From Mytilus californianus (taxonomy: Eukaryota): a stretch of DNA of 64,000 bases. Each line of letters starts with the position of its first letter. The stretch's first letter is position 1. The stretch is from the NCBI RefSeq assembly GCF_021869535.1, contig NW_026262712.1, positions 79,608,001-79,672,000 of the forward strand, written 5' to 3'. Below are positions 60,601 to 64,000 of the stretch, piece by piece. The notes under the pieces are model-generated. The model was not told the origin of the DNA and did not search any database. It was given only the letters and a program-made list of their open reading frames with translations. A program made the translations under genes and the position numbers.

Positions 60601-63148
60601 CAATTAAAGTAATAACCAGATTTCACAAGTAAATCAATCACTTTTTTGTAAAACAGAATTTTCGTCTCCATTGATTGAAGTTTTTATTGCCTTCTTATAT
60701 CCATTGATAAATGTATAGATTCTACCATCGCATCGCGTGTGGTATGTGGGATAATTCAATTATAAACGCGAGACGATAGGTTGGTTAAATTTGTTTCTCC
60801 CATGGTCCATTGGTCATATGCAGGCAAATCATTTTTATTGATTTGTAATAGACAGATTTTTTTTCTGTTAAAATCATAGTCTATAATAAAAATTGAAATC
60901 ACGAACACTTCACGTTGATGATAAACACAACAGTAAACTTTTTTTTGAGCTTTCGTAACCTACAAATATTCAAATATGACTGTTGGTGCACGTGTTATCC
61001 CCGGGTGTGCAAAGAAATGTCATTGATACGGTCATTGATTTTTTTTCAATACCTATATTTTTCTATTTTAGCTATATTTCATACACCTTATACATTTTAT
61101 AAGAATTCTATTTTAGTAGAATGAATAAGACAAAATAAATCTAAAAATGCTATAATGTTTTCATATTCAAGAAGAGTAAATCCATTAAACTTGCAATACC
61201 TGCAGCTAAGGCACCAAACATTGGCATTAGTGTTAGCATTACTGGAAAATTCCACGTTCCTATGACAAGAACTACTCCATATGGTTGTTTCTGTATGAAA
61301 GCTTTGTCCATTATATTAGTTAGTGGTTTTTGAACCTTAAAAGTCGTAAAACATGTATAAAAGAGAGAGGATACCAAAAAGGCAATCAAGACGTTCAATA
61401 AAAACAGACACCTCCATAGATAAAAACTAAAAACAGGCATCACCGTAATAACAACTATTACATAGAAAACTAGCCTGAGCAACACGATCACCAAAAACAC
61501 CGGTTGATCCGGAAAGGTTCAGTAGTTCCTGCTCTACGTGTGGCACCCATTGTCTTACTCATTGCAAGTTAAAATACGAAGATAAGTCGCATTCAGTAAT
61601 GTCACCATCGAGGAAAAGAAGGCAGGATTGCGGAGACGACATGTGAAACTTATCTGTGGTCAGTTGAAGCACATTTATTCCTTATATTAACAGTTAACCA
61701 AATAATGAAAGCGTCCGTATAAAGAAAGAAGAAAGGAGTAAGACTTTTTTATTTGAAACCCTTGATGTAATAGCTTCCTTATCCAGCAGTCGTCCTCTAT
61801 CATGATAGGTTATAATAAATAATGGAATATAGAAGCATATTGACATTTACTCCATGTGGAGGCTCTGTCGGTTACTTCTACACAGATATGAAAAGCTTAC
61901 AATCGGAATTAAAACGTCAAGTTTACTTCTCAACATGCCCACATTGTCAATTTCTAGGTGTAATTCAAGAGAGGCGAAGGATACCAAAGGAACATTCAAA
62001 CTCATAAATCGAAAATAAACTGACAACATATGAAGCGTAAATGCTTTTGTGGTATCCTTTATTTCAATATCATTGGAAATGATGCATGCAACAACGTCAT
62101 TAACTAGGAATTAATCATTAAAAGGACATCATCTATATAACGGAACGTGTGAAGTTTAAGGTTAATGCCATTTACTTAAGAAGCCCTTGAATGAAGTCTG
62201 ATTCATAAGAATAAAGACTCAAGTCCTGCGTGTAATTAATGTAAATTAAGTTGTATTAGATAACTAAATGGTACTACGGGTATATTTGGCTTTCTGTGAA
62301 TATTTCAAAATGGTAAAATGTAACTGAACCTTAAACTGGTCATTTAAAATACAATCTAGCTTCAAAACGAAAAAATAATAATTTAAATCTTCAGCCATTA
62401 CATCACAATGAAGGTAAAAGTATCTTATGTTTACCTTAAATTATGCAGATCTTATACCTTTTGAGGTTTCATCCATTCCTTTAAATTATTCATCGTATCA
62501 ATCAAGTCATTTCTACACTGGTCAATTTCAAAAAATGCTTCCAAGAGAGGCTGCAAAATAGAATACAATATTTCGTTCTAAAATATAATAGTCCACACTT
62601 AGTGAGATGTGAAAATGTATGCAAAAAGATTGAATTTCAATTATAAAAAAAGATTAATCATAAAGTTTATCTTTAAAAGTATCTTAATGTAAAATACACT
62701 TATAACAACAACAGCACTATACCAATTAAAACGTTTTAATATTCAATGTCAAAAGATACCAAAGCAGTCCTCTCTCATACTCCGGTCGAATGTAAGCTGT
62801 TCTAAATTGCCATGAAAGTACGAACAAAGTTAGTACGCCTTTATGTCTTATTTTTACCCTATGTCAGTGCTTTTGGGTTATCTCGTGAGTAGGTGTCAAC
62901 ACTATTCATTAGTAATTCTTTGTTGTTTTGTTCATTTATGGACAGAGATTAATGAATCTTGGTCTTCATCTAATTACTAGTATTTATAAATGTATTGACC
63001 TGACCTTGTGCAGATCGTTCTTTAAAGATGTTACTATTTCTTCTTTGTTTTCGTCCAATAGTGTAAGAACTCCTTCTAACTGCTGTCTTCTCCATTCATA
63101 TGATTTTGTTTTACCAGTCCGGTATGCAGCTCTCAATTGTCCTACAAG
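51532..63148 (-). CDS. ALDH3: Class-3 aldehyde dehydrogenase (fatty aldehyde dehydrogenase-like, membrane-anchored), multi-exon; start-codon exon not located
   Basis: Twelve GT-AG exons with compatible phases give about 481 codons. They contain WNFP (oxyanion Asn), [17 protein letters not shown] (catalytic Glu), GQTCIAPDY (catalytic Cys), [28 protein letters not shown] and a C-terminal hydrophobic anchor. Confidence 0.95.
52438..52567 (-). CDS. ALDH3: ALDH3 exon ([27 protein letters not shown]...)
   Basis: 130 bp, phase 1/2, LPFGG motif, GTAAGT donor. Confidence 0.95.
53152..53267 (-). CDS. ALDH3: ALDH3 exon ([12 protein letters not shown]...[16 protein letters not shown])
   Basis: 116 bp, phase 2/1, KPLAxYxFS motif. 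Confidence 0.93.
54324..54461. repeat. About 138-bp palindromic element in an ALDH3 intron
   Basis: AAATAACACATAGCTGAAGGGTGAT...AAAACATTGTCAAC / GTTGACAATGTTTT...ATCACCCTCTCAGGTATGTGTTATTT. Confidence 0.85.
54879..54949 (-). CDS. ALDH3: ALDH3 exon ([23 protein letters not shown])
   Basis: CAG acceptor, GTGAG donor, 71 bp, phase 0/2, FGP motif. Confidence 0.92.
55506..55638 (-). CDS. ALDH3: ALDH3 exon (RVKKII...IGG...[10 protein letters not shown]...DPAMQEE)
   Basis: 133 bp, phase 2/0. Confidence 0.92.
56885..56988 (-). CDS. ALDH3: ALDH3 exon (EELIQAMK...[21 protein letters not shown])
   Basis: TACAG acceptor, GTAATT donor, 104 bp, phase 0/2. Confidence 0.88.
57577..57703 (-). CDS. ALDH3: ALDH3 exon (PVYVD...[19 protein letters not shown]...)
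   Basis: 127 bp, phase 2/0, catalytic Cys motif. Confidence 0.95.
58594..58757 (-). CDS. ALDH3: ALDH3 exon (DCIKIINGG...[10 protein letters not shown]...[10 protein letters not shown])
   Basis: 164 bp, phase 0/2, Rossmann motif and catalytic Glu motif. Confidence 0.95.
59098..59480 (+). repeat. About 330-bp repeat unit bounded by about 50-bp direct repeats
   Basis: AGAAAAGCGCTTC(G/A)GAC(G/A)CAT(T/G)AAATTTA(T/C)AATGTGTTGTTT at about 59098 and 59429. Confidence 0.7.
60481..60566 (-). CDS. ALDH3: ALDH3 exon ([29 protein letters not shown])
   Basis: CAG-type acceptor (TCAAG), GTAAGC donor, 86 bp, phase 1/0. Confidence 0.92.
61200..61335 (-). CDS. ALDH3: ALDH3 exon (VQKPL...[15 protein letters not shown]...ALAAG)
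   Basis: 136 bp, phase 0/1, PxGVVLVIGxWNxP motif. Confidence 0.95.
61360..62030 (-). mobile_element. Diverged Penelope-like 3' fragments in an ALDH3 intron
   Basis: GAGAGGATACCAAA..., CCGGAAAGGTTCAGTAGTTCCTGCTCTACGTGTGGCACCC, TAGCTTCCTT...CCTCTATCATG, and a second terminus at about 61965-62030. Confidence 0.55.
62458..62550 (-). CDS. ALDH3: ALDH3 exon ([16 protein letters not shown]...EWMKPQK)
   Basis: CAG acceptor, GTATAAG donor, 93 bp, phase 0/0. Confidence 0.9.
63005..63148 (-). CDS. ALDH3: ALDH3 exon ([26 protein letters not shown]...KNDLHK)
   Basis: AG acceptor, GT donor, 144 bp, phase 0/0, typical ALDH3 N-terminal helix. Confidence 0.9.
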
Positions 63149-64000
63149 CTAAGATTAATTTCCATTCAATTTCTAAATAATGATTTCATTTTCACTTTTC
63201 ATTTTTAGAAGCCATTGTTCACAAAAATGTACAAGTGGTATGTATGCCAGGAACATTTATCCCCTTTGAACATATATAAATACTTATTTTACGTTTTAAA
63301 AAAAATTTTCCGTACATAATTTTGCAGAAAATTCCTCAAGTAAGAACAGTGGATAGCAAGAGATCCTTTTGCATTTCTTAAATATTTTATATTACCTCTG
63401 TGTAAAAAGCCATTTAAGTGTATCTCTTTCGAAAAATAGTATGAATCCACACACGAATTCAAAGAGTGAAATTAATCAATGTTGAAGTCATTTGTTTGTC
63501 TATACTGGTCTGAATAACAAAATCGTCGTACTTTGATATCTATAAAACAAAATTAACTATCATACACAAAAGACTACGATCGTTTTAATTAGATAAATAT
63601 GTATTATAAACATATATTTTGACAATGAGAAACATTCACCAGAACATTTTTCTGATTAAGTTATAAAACCGTTAATAACTACATAGGTACGTAAATAAAG
63701 ATGTATTTGAAAGTTGCCCATCGATTGACAGAGACGCTTAAAATAAGGTTTAGACCAATCTACTACTATATACGTGATTACCTTTTCCATCGATATGACT
63801 CTATTGCATATCTAACTCGAGTAGCAAGGTGGGTGTTACCAGTGGAAGAGTTAATATTGCTCAATCTTTTGTTTTCTGTGTTTTTTATCTATTTTTGTCT
63901 TTTGGTTTTTTTTGTTTTTTTTTGTTGCTTTTCATTTAATGGTGTTGTTTGTTGTTATTCTACTTAAATTTGTAATGCCCCTCCCCTTTATTCAGTATCG

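Noticed and set aside
63149-64000. ALDH3 start-codon exon
   Set aside because: No ATG-plus-donor candidate that I could support; it probably lies beyond the window or is too short to recognise.
1-64000. Prokaryotic or viral defence system, or horizontally acquired operon
   Set aside because: No operon-like gene density; spliceosomal introns, SINEs and metazoan TLRs show this is animal nuclear DNA.

Overview
AT-rich eukaryotic DNA, most likely from a bivalve mollusc. The repeat families and the TLR and ALDH3 architecture resemble mussels (Mytilidae); this is inferred from recall, not a database search. The left three quarters hold a tandem array of five intronless + strand Toll-like receptor genes (signal peptide, LRRs, LRRCT, TM, TIR). 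Copies 1 (3847-6423) and 2 (14570-17128) are intact. Copy 3 (20664-23209) is a multi-lesion pseudogene. Copy 4 (36863-39424) has two in-frame stops and no frameshift. Copy 5 (44350-46925) has a single 1-bp frameshift. Flank and spacer homology reads as A-B-(C/A)-B'-C, the expected product of one unequal crossover in an ancestral A-B-C array. The right quarter holds a convergent - strand class-3 aldehyde dehydrogenase (fatty-aldehyde-dehydrogenase-like, C-terminal TM anchor). I reconstructed 12 phase-compatible exons (about 481 codons); only the start exon is missing. Spacers and introns are dense in mobile DNA: Penelope-like RT 3' fragments, tRNA-derived SINEs, two Helentron-associated (HINE-type) elements, two foldback MITEs with target duplications, a Tc1 remnant, short palindromes, a 539-bp tandem repeat and a large inverted repeat. 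I found no prokaryotic system, CRISPR array or true RNA gene. Best leads: the chimeric duplication, a possible secreted ectodomain-only TLR, a hypervariable Cys-anchored non-LRR island in the ectodomains, a duplicated orphan antisense micro-exon, and a KPSE-to-KTSR change in the ALDH cofactor site. Identities and repeat boundaries were estimated by eye.
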